DNA of 63,613 nucleotides, the filler included, from Octopus bimaculoides (Eukaryota): the NCBI RefSeq assembly GCF_001194135.2. It is 6 parts of 6 records of this genome, joined end to end, with 100 filler letters (N's around TTAATTAATTAA, not from the genome) between each part and the next. Parts side by side here need not be neighbours in the genome. Positions count along the whole stretch, not along the records: positions 14,075 to 38,175 come from NC_068984.1; 5 more parts are not named here. One strand, 5' to 3'. Numbering within the stretch: position 1 is the first letter of the stretch; each line of letters opens with the position of its first letter. Shown piece by piece: positions 25,074 to 37,934 of this stretch. Made by a program: the position numbers and the translations under genes. The notes under the pieces were generated by a model. That model saw only the letters and a program-made list of their open reading frames with translations, was not told the origin of the DNA and searched no databases.

Positions 25074-25151
25074 GAAAAGCGAACAGGAAGGTAACAAATG
25101 TTTTTTCAAACAATGAGGAAAGTTTCCTATATGACCTCAAAAAAGAGTTTG
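25074..25151 (+). CDS. Candidate internal exon (78 nt, phase 1-1), unknown protein
   Basis: ttttactcag acceptor, TTG|GTAAGT donor, open frame KANRKVTNVFSNNEESFLYDLKKEF; no homology recognised. Confidence 0.2.
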
Positions 25152-26006
25152 GTAAGTCCTGGCCAATGTATGATATGATGCATGATTTCTCAACCAAACT
25201 AAGGCCTTTAATAGTGTGTGGCTAGTCCTGTAAGGCCAAGAATCAGGCAAGGAGATGGACAGAGCTGAAATTAGTGTTACAGGACATGGATCTCAGGAAT
25301 ATTAGGTTCACAGTTGTACCATCCAATTATCTTCTGACAATGTTGAGCAAATGGAGGTTGAAGAACTTCCCCAAAGCAAAATAGAAATAAACAATATAAA
25401 AGACTAAAGGAACGATTTTCATTTCGTCAAATCCCTTACTTTAGTCAAGCCAAGCTTCATGAAATTTACTGATAAGTATAATCTTTGACTTTTAGGAATA
25501 TACAAGAGTCATTACTATAATCAAGGCAAAAATCATTGTTCCTAACCTCCACGTATTCTGCAGCTACTTTTATGTTTTGCTCCATTATATGGTCTTTTAG
25601 AAGATTCCGAGGAAAAGGCCTTGGTCTTATTTCCATAATTTAAAAAAAATCCTTTCTTTTCACTTTGAGTTCTGTGCTTCTTAGCAAGTGTTGAATTTTT
25701 TTTTTTAATACATTTCCTCTGTGCTCAGTCTTGTGAGATATTATACAGACTTGAAGGGGCCATGTAGAAGATTCCTTTTTTGTTGCCAGTGTCTTAACGT
25801 GACATTTAATAAGCCCATTTAGTTTTCAGCATTTAAATAATTATCTTTTCGCTATCCTCTTCACAGCTATCTGTTACTTTAGTCTTTTTTCTATTTGTTG
25901 GCTTCCTTCAAGACAGAAAACAGTTTTAGTTCTGTTAATATTTTATAGCTAATTGCACTACATATTTTTGTTGCTTAAAAACTGATATTTTACAATAGTT
26001 TTCTAG

Positions 26007-26038
26007 TTACAGAAGACCCCGACCTCCTTGTATTCATG
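26007..26038 (+). CDS. Candidate micro-exon (phase 1-0), unknown protein
   Basis: ttttctag acceptor (or ttacag, giving a start at 26013), ATG|GTAAAT donor, reads (V)TEDPDLLVFM; keeps a CpG in a CpG-poor region. Confidence 0.25.
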
Positions 26039-26569
26039 GTAAATATAATATAACATCTCTGTGTAGGAATTTGGGTGGCACATTCTTAACGCAGTTGTTA
26101 TTTCCTTGTTTTCCTGTCTAGTCTTAATAATTCACTAAGCTTTCAGTTGTGAATGTTATAACTACAACTTATTACTATAACAGCTTGTGAATTGATATCT
26201 GTTACCTTATTTTTGACATTTAACTCCTGTTTTAAGAATAAATCTAATTCATCTATAAAATTCCATCATAACCTTTTTCTTTTATGTGTCTATGTTGTAC
26301 TCTGCCAAGTTCATTGATTCCCAAGTAATTGTAACTGTGTATTTGGTTTAATTCTTTTATCTTCACTTCTTTATCTAAAAATTGTATTAATGATTTTTTT
26401 TTTTCCCATCTTCTTCAATGTTATTTCATTGATGTTAATGGATTTTTTTTTAAGCAGTAAAGTAGCAATGTCTGTTGATATTCAGCAGATGCTTTACCAC
26501 CACCACCACCACCACCACCCTCCGCCCACCACCGCTACCCCCAGCCCCACCACCACCACTATTACTAAG

Positions 26570-27585
26570 GGGTGAGCTGATAGAATTGGTAGTGCATCAG
26601 ACACAATACTTAGTGGCATTTTTTTCCAACTTCTTTATTTTCTGAGTTCAAATTCCACCAATGCTGACTTTACTTTCCTTCTTTCAGAGTTATTAAAATA
26701 AGTACCAGTCAAGCACTGGTGTTGATGTAATCAACTACCTTCCTCCCACTAAAACTGCTGGCCTTGTACTGAAATTTGAATTATTATTATTGTTATTATT
26801 AAGGCAATGAGTTGGCAGAACCATTAACATGCATAAATGCTTAGCAGTATTTTTTCCATCACTATGTTTTGAGTTCAAATTCTGCTGAGGTTAACTTTGC
26901 CTTTCATCCTTTCAGGGTCAATAAATTGAGTACCAGTGAAACACTGGGGTCAATGTAATCAACTAACCCCCTTCCCCCAAACTTCAGGCTTTGTGCCTAT
27001 AATAGAAAGGATTATTATTACTATTATTATTATTATTAGGGTTATGAACTGGAAGAATCATTACAGTATTAGAAAAATTGCTTAGTGGCATTCGTTCCAG
27101 CTATTTTCTGATTTCTAGTCTAACCAATGTTGATTTTGCCTTTCATCCCTCCCAGGCTAATAAAATAATGTACCAATCTAGGACTGGGGGTCATTAGTAT
27201 TAACTAACTCCTGCCTCTTACAAATTACTGGCTTTGTGCCTAAATCAAAAACCATTATCATTATTATTATTGTTTTACTTCTCAGAGTGCTTGGTCTTGT
27301 TTGCTCTGATTGATTCTGTTACAGCAGACAGCAGCCTGTTGTCAGAGGTCTCACAGGGTCTCTTTCCAGGCAACCAGCTGGCATAATTGCTAACATGCCC
27401 AGCAAAATGCTTAGTGGCATTTCGTCTGCCGCTATGTCCTAAGTTCAAATTCCATCAAGGAGAAATTTTGCCTTTCATCCTTTCAGGGTCGATAAAGTAA
27501 GTACAAGTTGAACACTGGGGTCAATGTAATCGACACATCCCCTCCCACAAAATGGCTGCCCTTGTGGCAAAATTTGAAAGCATTA
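26570..27585 (+). mobile_element. Array of 4 CpG-decayed SINE family B copies separated by (ATT)n
   Basis: Cores near 26650, 26880, 27120 and 27450. Confidence 0.85.
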
Positions 27586-27597
27586 CTATTATTATTA

Positions 27598-27643
<46 letters not shown>

Positions 27644-27677
27644 CTTATTATTATTATTATTATTATCTTTGTTTAGT

Positions 27678-28235
27678 GAGGAAGCAGTGCATACCATCAA
27701 AGTGACACTGGGGTACAAATATATGAAGCCCAATATACCCATCATGACTACCTGTCTCATAAGGGTACACCAGGCACATGCATCACAACCATATATGCAT
27801 GACATGGGGATCTCATATCAAGTTAAACAGTGTATGACCTTGCAGGTGGGACCCAGTTAGAATTTTCTTCAGGCCAAGTAGCCCATTCCACTCAAAAGGT
27901 CCTTGAATAAGGCTTGTTTTAAGGATGATGAACAAAACACCCATGTTTCCAGAGGTGAATTATTCAAACCCCAAAGAATTCCCGTCAACACATGGCTATG
28001 ATGCTCCCCAACTACTTCTGCTCGTAATCAGAGATGCACATATCACCAGCTATTAAGGAACATGCTCAACTGGTTATGGTCAAACAACTAACAAGCAAAG
28101 CTGTGGTATAGAGCAAAATATTTGCTGTAGCCCATCTTTTATACCAAGACAAAACAATGTACATGATAACACTTCCAATCAGTTAAGATCAAAAGCCATG
28201 AGAGCCACTGTCTGGTACTGCATCAGGGCATTTAA
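27678..28235. mobile_element. Family D ~550-bp repeat embedded in (ATT)n
   Basis: Colinear with 34858-35370 and 35393-35860, and reverse-complementary to 38843-39175. Confidence 0.85.
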
Positions 28236-28270
28236 TAATTATCATTATTATTATTATAATAATAATAATA

Positions 28271-28323
<53 letters not shown>

Positions 28324-28368
28324 CATTATTATAATTGTCATTATCATCATTATTATTATTATTATTAC

Positions 28369-28447
<79 letters not shown>

Positions 28448-28450
28448 GTT
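28236..28450. repeat. Long (ATT)n microsatellite
   Basis: Directly visible; explains the poly-I and poly-Y ORFs. Confidence 0.95.
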
Positions 28451-28750
28451 ATGACATGTATTAGAGGATTACACATTAGTATTACTAAATTTAACTATAG
28501 AAGGGAATCTAAGATATAATTGAAATCTTTAACATAATGAAACAAGTTTGAATTGTTAGACTTTAAAGAATCTTGGAATGAAATCAAAGACATAACCTTC
28601 AAACGACTTTGAAATTAAAATCAAAGACATATGATTGTGGTAGGAAATCAAAGATACTTTAAACAACTATGGAACAGCTATGAAATCAAATGTAATTGCA
28701 ATCGTTAACAGAGAGAAATAATGTTACGATGATGTATAAACTTTCATATA

Positions 28751-29100
28751 GGCACAGGCGTAGCTGTGTGGTAAGAAGCTTGCTTCCCAACCACATAGTT
28801 CTGGGTTCAGTCCCACTGCATGGCACCTTGTACTTTAGCCTTGTACCAACCAAGGCCTTGTGAGTGGATTTGGTAGGCAGAAACTGAAAGAAGCCCATCG
28901 TGTGTGTGTGTGTCTTTCTGTCTGTGTTTGTCACCACACAACCGGTGTTGGTGTGTTTGCATTCCTGTAACTTAGCAGTTCAGTAAAAGAGACTGACAGA
29001 ATAAGTACTGGGGTTGATTCATTCGACTAAAAATTCAAGGCAGTGCCCCAGCATGGCTGCAGTCTAATGAATGAAACAAGTAAAAGATTAAAGATAAAAG
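28751..29100 (+). mobile_element. SINE family A
   Basis: ggcacaggcgtagctgtgtggtaagaagcttgcttcccaacc...gaaacaagtaaaag. Confidence 0.9.
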
Positions 29101-29229
29101 ATCTAAAAAGAAATAGAAATATGAATATTTATTACCATCACCATTATTCAACACATCTTTACTAGTCATTTCATTGCAGTTACTAGCAATTCATTCTCTT
29201 TCTTTCCCTTAAATTTGAAATCGTTATAT

Positions 29230-29720
29230 GAAAGTAGTGAGCAGCCGGAATCATTAGAGTATTGAACAAATTGCTTAGTGGCATTTCTTCTGGCTGTTAA
29301 TGTACTGAGCTCAAATCTTGCCAAGGCCAACTTTACCTTTCATCCTTTTGGGGGCCGATAAAATAAATTACCAAGCAAGTATTAGGATCAATGTAATCAA
29401 CTTGCTCACTATCTGAATATTATTGTCTTATTCCAAAATCAGAAAGCATTATTCTTAACAGGGTAGTGAGTCTAAGCAGCATTTCTTCCAGCTCTTTATG
29501 CTCTCAGTTCAAATTCAAGGTCAATAAATGAAGTCTAATTGATGTAATCAACTTCTCTCCTCTCAGACCTACTGGCCTTGTGCCAAAATTGAAAATGATA
29601 ATATTAATTATTATTGTCGTTATAACTACTGTTATTATTTTTGTTATAACTAATGACATTCATCCTTCCAGTGTCAATGAAATAAAATACCAGAAGGATG
29701 CACTGGGGTTTGGCATTATC
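29230..29720 (+). mobile_element. Array of about 3 degenerate SINE family B copies
   Basis: gagctcaaatcttgccaaggccaactttacctttcatcc and following copies. Confidence 0.7.
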
Positions 29721-29951
29721 GACTGAGGCTTATTGCCTATGTAGGAAAGTTATTTATAGTATTTTTGCAATTGGCTTCCTTTTTTCTAATTGCATGCTTT
29801 TATTGAACAACTAAGCCAAGCCCTGTTTGTTTTAGATACATGCAGTGTTTTATCTTGGTTTCAGCTTTTCTGTTGTTGTCATGAAAGTACTCAACAAAAT
29901 ACAAGTGCAGTGCCTCTTAATATTGTTTTCTGTGTATTGTACTTGTGTAAG

Positions 29952-29995
<44 letters not shown>

Positions 29996-30654
29996 GGTAT
30001 TTGTATATGTATATATATATATATATATANNNNNNNNNNNNNNNNNNNNNNNNNNNNNNNNNNNNNNNNNNNNNNNNNNNNNNNNNNNNNNNNNNNNNNN
30101 NNNNNNNNNNNNNNNNNNNNNNNNNNNNNNNNNNNNNNNNNNNNNNNNNNNNNNNNNNNNNNNNNNNNNNNNNNNNNNNNNNNNNNNNNNNNNNNNNNNN
30201 NNNNNNNNNNNNNNNNNNNNNNNNNNNNNNNNNNNNNNNNNNNNNNNNNNNNNNNNNNNNNNNNNNNNNNNNNNTATATATATATATATATATAATACAT
30301 ACATAATTAAGAGAAAAACCAACTATTAATAAATTCAACAATGAAAAACAAATATACCACAAAAACCCTATTACAAAAATCAACAAATTACGCAATCAAT
30401 AAATAGCAAATAACATTATATATATATATATATATATATACATACATAGTTTAGTGTCCAATGAAGGAAAGGTACGCATAAGTAGGCTGGCTACATCCCT
30501 GGCAGAGGCCTTGGATTTTGGTCTCACCTGGCTTGCCGGGTCTTCTCACGCACAGCATATTTCCAAAGGTCTTGGTCAGAAGTCATTGCCTCGGTGAGGC
30601 CTAATCGGCCTATGTGTGTGTGTGTGTATACATATGTATATACATACATATAAA

Positions 30655-31000
30655 TGAAAAAATGTATAGTAAATGCACAAATGAAAAACAGACGCAGAAT
30701 GGAAAGTTAAAAAACATATATCAAATGCACAGATGAGAGGAAATCATCATCATGATTATCGTTTAACGTCCACTTTCCATGCTAGCATGGGTTGGACGAT
30801 TTGACTGAGGACTGGTGGACCAGAAGGCTGCACCAGGCTCCAATCTGATTTGGCAGAGTTTCTACAGCTGGATGCCCTTCCTAACACCAACCACTCCGAG
30901 AGTGTAGTGGGTGCTTTTACGGAAAACAAATATTAAATGCACAGACAACAAAGGCCCCTAATTCCTCATCAGTTATCGAGCAGAAGGTATTGTGCAATTT
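30655..31000. mobile_element. Repeat shared with 32050-32220, interrupted by a family E insertion
   Basis: aaatgtatagtaaatgcacaaa...cctaattcctcatcagttat is colinear with 32050-32220 once 30744-30920 is removed. Confidence 0.7.
30744..30920 (-). mobile_element. Family E insertion with possible 5-bp TSD ggaaa (30739-30743 / 30921-30925)
   Basis: 5'-truncated RTE 3' end with (GAT)n tail. Confidence 0.8.
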
Positions 31001-31116
31001 CATGCCTTTAATGATAAGATTGCTTCCCAGCTGGCAGTATCCACAAGAGTGCAGAGAATATTGAACTGAGAACAAACAAACAATATGTGGATAGCAAGCA
31101 ATATAGAAGTACATAA

Positions 31117-31315
31117 GCACAGGAGTGGCTGTGTGGTAAGTAGCTTGCTTACCAACCACATGGTTCTGGGTTCAGTCCCACTGCGTGGCACCTTGGGCAA
31201 GTGTCTTTTACTATAGCTTCGGGCCGAGCAAAGCCCAAAGCCTTGTGATTGGATTTGATAGAGGGAAACTGAAAGAAGTCTGTCGTATATATGTATGTAT
31301 ATGTANNNNNNNNNN

Positions 31316-31356
<41 letters not shown>

Positions 31357-31565
31357 ATATGTTTGTGTGTCTGTGTTTGTCCCCCAACATCCCGTGACAA
31401 CCGATGCTGGTGCGTTTACATCCCCATCACTTAGCGGTTCGGCAAAAGAGACCGATAGAATAAGTACTAGGCTTACAAAGAATAAATCCTGGGGTCGATT
31501 TCTACAACTAAAGGTGGTTCTCCAGCATGGCCGCAGTCAAATGACTGAAACAAGCAAAAGAGTAT
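31117..31565 (+). mobile_element. SINE family A, full-length
   Basis: Colinear with the other family A copies. Confidence 0.9.
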
Positions 31566-32349
31566 ATGAAAATGAATAAATGTAATTCAAGTCGATGCAC
31601 AAAGGACAAAGATGAAATAAATAAAAACAAACAGAATGCAGCCTCAAGGCTAGATGAAGATGGAGCATAGGTAAAACTTAGAGGGAAATATTTAAAGGAT
31701 TAGAAACAGAAACAGTGAGACAGACTGAAGTGGAGAGCAGAGAAGTTACAACCATTCACCTCAGCGACCAGTGTAAAAAAAAGAGAGAGACAAAGAAAAA
31801 ACGGCAAACCAGGGTTCACATGTCACCAGCAGGCAGAGAGAGACATAGAGGGCAGAAGAGAAAGAGTGCAAGTGAAAGAGGAAGAGGGGGAAGAGGGGGA
31901 GAGGGGAGAGAGAGAGGGAGAGAGAAAGGAAGAAATGGGGAGAGAAAAAGGAGAAAGAAGAAAGGCTAGAAATAGAAGTTGCATGGATGTGTATAAATAA
32001 CTAACTTTTAATAAAAGCTAGGGTGTGTTGCGGTCCATTATTTAATAAGTGAAAAAAAATGTATAGTAAATGCACAAACGAGAAACAGACACAGAATGGC
32101 AAATTAAAAATCATATATTAAATGTACCGATGAACAGAAAACATATATCAAGTGCACAGCAGACAGAAAACAGACAACGAAGGGTCCTAATTCCTCATCA
32201 GTTATTGACCCGAGGGTACATACATACATACATACGTACATACATACAATATATGTGAGTGTATGTTATTTGTAGATTAACAAGGCAACCAATGGTTTCC
32301 TGTGAAGAGAACTCCACAATTGTTCTAGCATGTCACATGACAGTCCTGC

Positions 32350-32500
32350 TACTCATCTCCATCTTCGATAAGAGTATTCTCACTTTTGCCAGCTGAGTGG
32401 ACTAGAGCAATGTGAAATAAAGTGTCTTGCTCAAGGACACAACACATCTCCAGGATTCAAGCTCATGTGAGCTAAATTCCTTAATCACAAACTCACATGC
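32350..32500 (-). mobile_element. SINE family C fragment
   Basis: gctgagtggactagagcaatgtgaaataaagtgtcttgctcaaggacac. Confidence 0.75.
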
Positions 32501-32574
32501 TCTCTCTCTTGCTTTTTCTCTCTCTGTATAAATATATATATATATATATATAATAATACAAAGAATATATATAC

Positions 32575-32756
32575 ATGTATACACACATATATGTACATAC
32601 TTACATCTACATGTGTATATACATGCATATCAGGGTACAGGACGTTAGAACAATAAACTGCAGACAACGGAACGAACACATAGGAAAACGGAAAGCCCCT
32701 TGGAATATCCCTTCATCAGCTGTCGCTATTCTATCTAGACGTTTCGAAGACCAGAC

Positions 32757-32760
<4 letters not shown>
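32575..32760. mobile_element. Repeat family shared with 36725-36920 (possibly PLE-related)
   Basis: catacttacatctac...gcatatcagggtacaggacgtt...cccttcatcagctg...cgtttcgaaga occurs in both copies. Confidence 0.65.
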
Positions 32761-32787
<27 letters not shown>

Positions 32788-32819
32788 GACATATAAATAT
32801 AGATATATATGCACACATG

Positions 32820-32869
<50 letters not shown>

Positions 32870-33029
32870 CATTCATAAATATATATATATATATACATAC
32901 ATACATACATACATATAAATATACATACATATATATATGCATACATATAAATACACACACATGCACACACACGTGCCCTAATTTCTTTTTTATTGCCATT
33001 ATCATAAGTATTCTTACTATTTTTTCTAG

Positions 33030-33080
33030 TGTCCACTGACAACAAGCACTAATCATCTTCTTCAAGTGCTACTTGAAGAG
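33030..33080 (+). CDS. Candidate internal exon (51 nt, phase 0-0), unknown protein
   Basis: Polypyrimidine acceptor tattttttctag, donor GAG|GTAGGT; only one frame is open, [17 protein letters not shown]; length divisible by 3; non-repetitive. Confidence 0.35.
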
Positions 33081-33589
33081 GTAGGTAAGAGAAGAGAGGA
33101 AGATGTAAATGTTATGCATGTTAGTGAAAGCATGGAACTTGGCATGGCCTAAATGGGCCTACACCCACTATGCAGCTGCGAGCAGTACCCTGAATCACTC
33201 TAAGTGATTTCCCTTCATTTTCAGAATCTTTGCTTGTTGTTATTATGTTGTTCTTTGTTGTTAGTATAGTTATTTGTTATATAATTATTAACATGTCTTT
33301 AATGTCATTGTTGATCTTATACTTTTACTCAATATAACTAAATATAACCCCATTGCTTCTTGCTTATTTTCCTTTCTTTTCTTTTTCGCTTTCTCTCTTT
33401 GAATTTTGCCTCTATACTGTCATCAATATTCAGGACCTTTCTAGACAAAAGGATATAATTATCATCATCATCATCATTCTTATTATTATTACTATTATCA
33501 TCATTATTAGTAGGACAGTGAGCTGGGAGAATTGTTAGCATGCCAGAGGCATACCATGAAAGTGACACCGGGGTAAAATATATAGCATC

Positions 33590-34330
33590 ATCATTGTCGT
33601 CATTGGACAGTTTGACTGAGAACTGGCAAGCTGGGAGGCAGCACCAGGCTCCAGTCTGATTTGGCAAGGTTTCTACAGTTGGACGCCCTTCTTAATGCCA
33701 ATCATTCTAAGAGTGTAAGAGGGTGCTTTTTATGTGCCACCGGCACAGGTGCCAGTCACTAGGTAAGGGTACCAGTCAGACGGCACTGGTATCAGTCACA
33801 CTCGAATGGGTGCATGTAAGGCAGCAGTGGCATCAGCCATACTCACATGGTGCTTTTTACGGGCCACTGGCACAGGTACAATTTGGATGGTACTGGCATT
33901 GGCCATGCTCAAATGGTGCTTTTTATGTGTCACCGACAGGGGTGCCAGTTGAGCAGCACTGGCATCGGCCACGCTCAAATTTTGCTTTTTACATGCCACC
34001 AGTAGGAGTGCCAATCGGGTGGCACTGGCATCGGCCATGCACGAATGGTACTTTTTACGTGCCAACATCATGGGTGCCAGTTGGGTAGCACTGGCATTGG
34101 CCACGACTATGATTTCACTAGGTTCAACAGGTTTTCACAAGCATGGAATATTACCTGATGATTGAAGGGTGCTTTTAAATGGGCCAGTTTTGCGACACTG
34201 GCATTGGCCATGAATACAATCTCACTTGGCTTGCCAGGTCTTCTCAAGCAAAGCATATCTCCAAAGGTCTCACTTGCTTGTAATTGCCTCTGTGAGCCCA
34301 ACATTCGAAGGTCATGCTTCACCACCTCAT
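33590..34330 (-). mobile_element. Long family E copy with an internally amplified 66-bp unit
   Basis: Reverse complement of 40700-41213 at both ends. Confidence 0.75.
33723..34210. repeat. 66-bp minisatellite, about 6 units, each with an internal hairpin
   Basis: Unit starts at 33850, 33916, 33982 and 34048 (exact 66-bp spacing); gtgccagt-N8-actggcat stems. Confidence 0.85.
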
Positions 34331-34654
34331 CTCATTGTGTTCCTTAGTAAAACACTTCATTTCATGTTGCTCCAGTTCACTCAGCTGACAAAAATGAGTA
34401 ATCCTATGATGGACTGGCATCCTATCCAGGTGGGGGTATATACTCCACGAAAAGTGGGAAACTGGCCCTTTGAGTCTATATAACTCAGAAAGGATCTTTA
34501 TCTTTTTAATTTATTTCATACCATGTATACTCACTTTCATGACTTATGTTAATTTTGTATACAATGTATACTTTTTTTAATCATTCCATTTTGTGTAAAT
34601 CCCTTCACTTTATATCTATCTTTGCATTGTACCCCCTCGTCCATTGTCCTAATC

Positions 34655-34805
34655 GCTAGCATGCCAGGCAAAATGCTTAGCAGTATTTTGTCTGTCCTTA
34701 CGTCCTGAGTTCAAATTCCGCTGAGGTCGACTTTGCCTTTCATCCTTTTGGAGTTGATGAAATAAGTACCAGTTATACACACTGGGGTTGATATAATCAA
34801 CTAGC
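34655..34805 (+). mobile_element. SINE family B
   Basis: gagttcaaattccgctgaggtcgactttgcctttcatcc. Confidence 0.85.
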
Positions 34806-34809
34806 TATT

Positions 34810-34854
<45 letters not shown>

Positions 34855-34857
34855 GAA

Positions 34858-35860
34858 TGAGAGAGCAGCGCACGCCATTAAAGCAATGCCTGGGTACAAA
34901 TATATGAAGGCCAATATGCCCATCATGACTACTTGTCTGATAAAGGTACATCAGGTACATGCATCATAACCATATGTGCACAATATAGTAACCTCATATC
35001 ACGATAAACAGTGCATGACCTTGTAGGTGAGGCCCAGTTAGAAATTTCTTCAGGTTGAATAGGCCATCTTGATCGAAAGGCCCTTGAATAAGGGCTGTTT
35101 CAGGATAATGAGCAAAACACCCATGTTTCCAGACTATGACGCTCCCCCACTACTCCTGCTCATAATCAGAGATGCACACATTATCAGCCACCAAGGGACA
35201 TGCTCAACTGGTTAAGATCAAACAACTGACAAGCAAATCTGTGGTATAGAGCAGAATATTTGCTGTAGCCCATCTTTTATACCAAGACAAAACAATGTAC
35301 ATGACAACACTTCCAATCAGTTAAGATCAGAAGCCATGAGAGCCAGTGCCTGGTACAGCATCAGGGCTATTATTATTAATATTATTATTATTGAGTGAGA
35401 GAGCAGGGCATGCCATCAAAGTGACACTGGGGTAAAATATACAAAGCCCATTATACCCATCATGACTACCCGTCTGATAAGGGTACACCAGGCACATGCA
35501 TCACAACCATGTGTGCACGACATGGGGATCTCATATCAAGATAAACAGCTCATGACCTCGCAGGTGGGGCCCACTTAGAATTTTCTTCAGGTCGAGTAGC
35601 CCATCCTGCTCAAAAGGTCCCTGAATAAGGCTTGTTTAAGGATGTTGAGCAAAACACCCATGTTTCCAAAGGTGAATTATTCAAACCCCAAAGAATTCCT
35701 CTCAAGGCATGGCTATGATGCTCCCCCACTACTTCTGCTCGTGATCAGAGATGCACATATCATCAGTCACCAAGTGACATGCTCAACTGGTTAAGGTCAA
35801 ACAACTAACAAGCAAATTTGTGGTATTAAGCTGAATATTTGCTGTAGCCCATCTTTTATA
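34858..35860. mobile_element. Tandem dimer of family D (34858-35370 and 35393-35860) joined by (ATT)n
   Basis: Both copies begin gagagagcag..atgccat.aaag; the first has an internal deletion and the second stops at catcttttata. Confidence 0.85.
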
Positions 35861-35861
35861 A

Positions 35862-35911
<50 letters not shown>

Positions 35912-36524
35912 GTTTGCCTATGTGTGTGTGTATGTGATGTTGATGGTAAAGGCATAAGTAATTCATTCTCATGTAAATAACCACTTAGATATATCCATCC
36001 CACAAGAATGTTACCACTTAAATATTTTCATTAACAACAGGATGGGCTATTCTCATTCAAAGAATTCTTGTTTTATTTATCATTTTTTTTGTTTTTTCTT
36101 CTTTTTTTTTTACTTTGTATCTTTGTTTGACTTGATCCTATTACTAGTGGAGGGAGAGGAGGAGAAAAAAGAGGAAGAAAAAAGATAGAAAATAAGGAGA
36201 AGGAAAGTGTTCATATGGTTCTTGATATTGTTTCTGTTGTTTGTTGAGCACTGATTGAATATGTCTTTGATGAAGGACAATCTAGCCATGATCCTCATCA
36301 TCTTTTATTCAGATGTAGTCTATCTTGGACTGCATAATTCAATGTGTCCTCTGATTTTTTTTTTAATGGTGTGACTGGAGAGAGATTTGACTACCATTTC
36401 TAGTACAATAAACTGCTCCTTTTTTTTTATTCTTATTCCTCCTCGCAATACAAGAAAGTAAGGTTAGTGTGAAAGTGATAAAAGTAAAACTATTATAAGT
36501 AACAAGTAATAAATTATAGAACTC

Positions 36525-36682
36525 AGGATGTGGATGTGTGGTAAGAAGTTTGCTTTCCAATCACATGGTTCTGGGTTCAATCCCATTGTGTGGCACCTTG
36601 GACAAATGTCTTCTACTTTAGCCTTAAGCCAACCAAAGCCTTATGAGTGGATTTGGTCAATGGAAGCTAAAAGAAGCTGGTC

Positions 36683-36718
<36 letters not shown>

Positions 36719-37918
36719 TAAATGAGTATATGCATATATACGTACATGTATGTACATACCTACATCTACCTGTATATATAGATGCATATCTGGGTACTGG
36801 ACGTTGCAAACAAAACATAGACAAAATGATAAACAGAGTACAGAAAACACACAGGCCACATAGAGAACATTTCCTTCATCAGCTGCCACCATTCTAACAC
36901 TGGCGTTTCGAAGAATATGTATATNNNNNNNNNNNNNNNNNNNNNNNNNNNNNNNNNNNNNNNNNNNNNNNNNNNNNNNNNNNNNNNNNNNNNNNNNNNN
37001 NNNNNNNNNNNNNNNNNNNNNNNNNNNNNNNNNNNNNNNNNNNNNNNNNNNNNNNNNNNNNNNNNNNNNNNNNNNNNNNNNNNNNNNNNNNNNNNNNNNN
37101 NNNNNNNNNNNNNNNNNNNNNNNNNNNNNNNNNNNNNNNNNNNNNNNNNNNNNNNNNNNNNNNNNNNNNNNNTATATATATAAACAAAACAAGCAACAGG
37201 ATATCAAGAAGTGATGCAGTACAACTGTTTCAAGCGACTCCATTTAATTGAACAATTCAACCATTACATCAATTTAAATGCAGGGCTATCATCAGCTGCA
37301 CAAATAAATAGAATTTTAATCAGTCAGACAAATTAATATAATTTTACTCAAATACTTTAACAAAGCAAGAAGATGGAAGAACTCCATGTTGTCACTATGT
37401 AGCTAAGAATACACTACACTTCCAAGAAAGGCATGAAGCTTACTGGGGTCATAGCATATATGTATATGATGATATAAATATAATATATATATATATATAT
37501 ATATACATACATATATATATATATGATGTGTGTGTGTGTGTCTTTGTGTCTGTGTTTGCTCCCTATCACTGCTTGACAACCGGTGTTGGTGTATTTACAT
37601 CCCCATAATTTACAAGTTCAGCAAAAGAGACCAATAGAATAAGTATCAGGCTTAAAAAAAATAATAAGTACTGGGGACAATTCATTTGACTAAAAGAAAT
37701 TCTCCAAGGTGGTGCCCTAGCATGACTTCAGGCTAACAACTGAAACATGTGAAAGACAAAACATAAAAGATACATGTAGATACACACATACAACAGGCTT
37801 CTTTCAGTTTCCATTTACCAAATCCATTCACAGAACTTTGGTTAGCCTGAGGCTAAAGTAGAACCTGGAACCATTTGTTTGGGAAGCTAACTTCTTACTA
37901 GACACCCATGCCTGCACC
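36525..37918. mobile_element. SINE family A pieces: 5' half 36525-36690 (+), 3' half 37530-37770 (+), 5' half 37790-37918 (-)
   Basis: Family A head and tail motifs; intervening repeat and gap. Confidence 0.7.
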
Positions 37919-37934
37919 AATATATATATATATC

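Noticed and set aside
33723-34210. CRISPR-like periodic array
   Set aside because: Eukaryotic context, no cas genes, the variable parts are homologous to each other, and the unit is part of an RTE-derived repeat
36041-36075. DGLFSFKEF, EF-hand-like, after an acceptor-like site
   Set aside because: No donor; it runs into a T-rich tract; chance match
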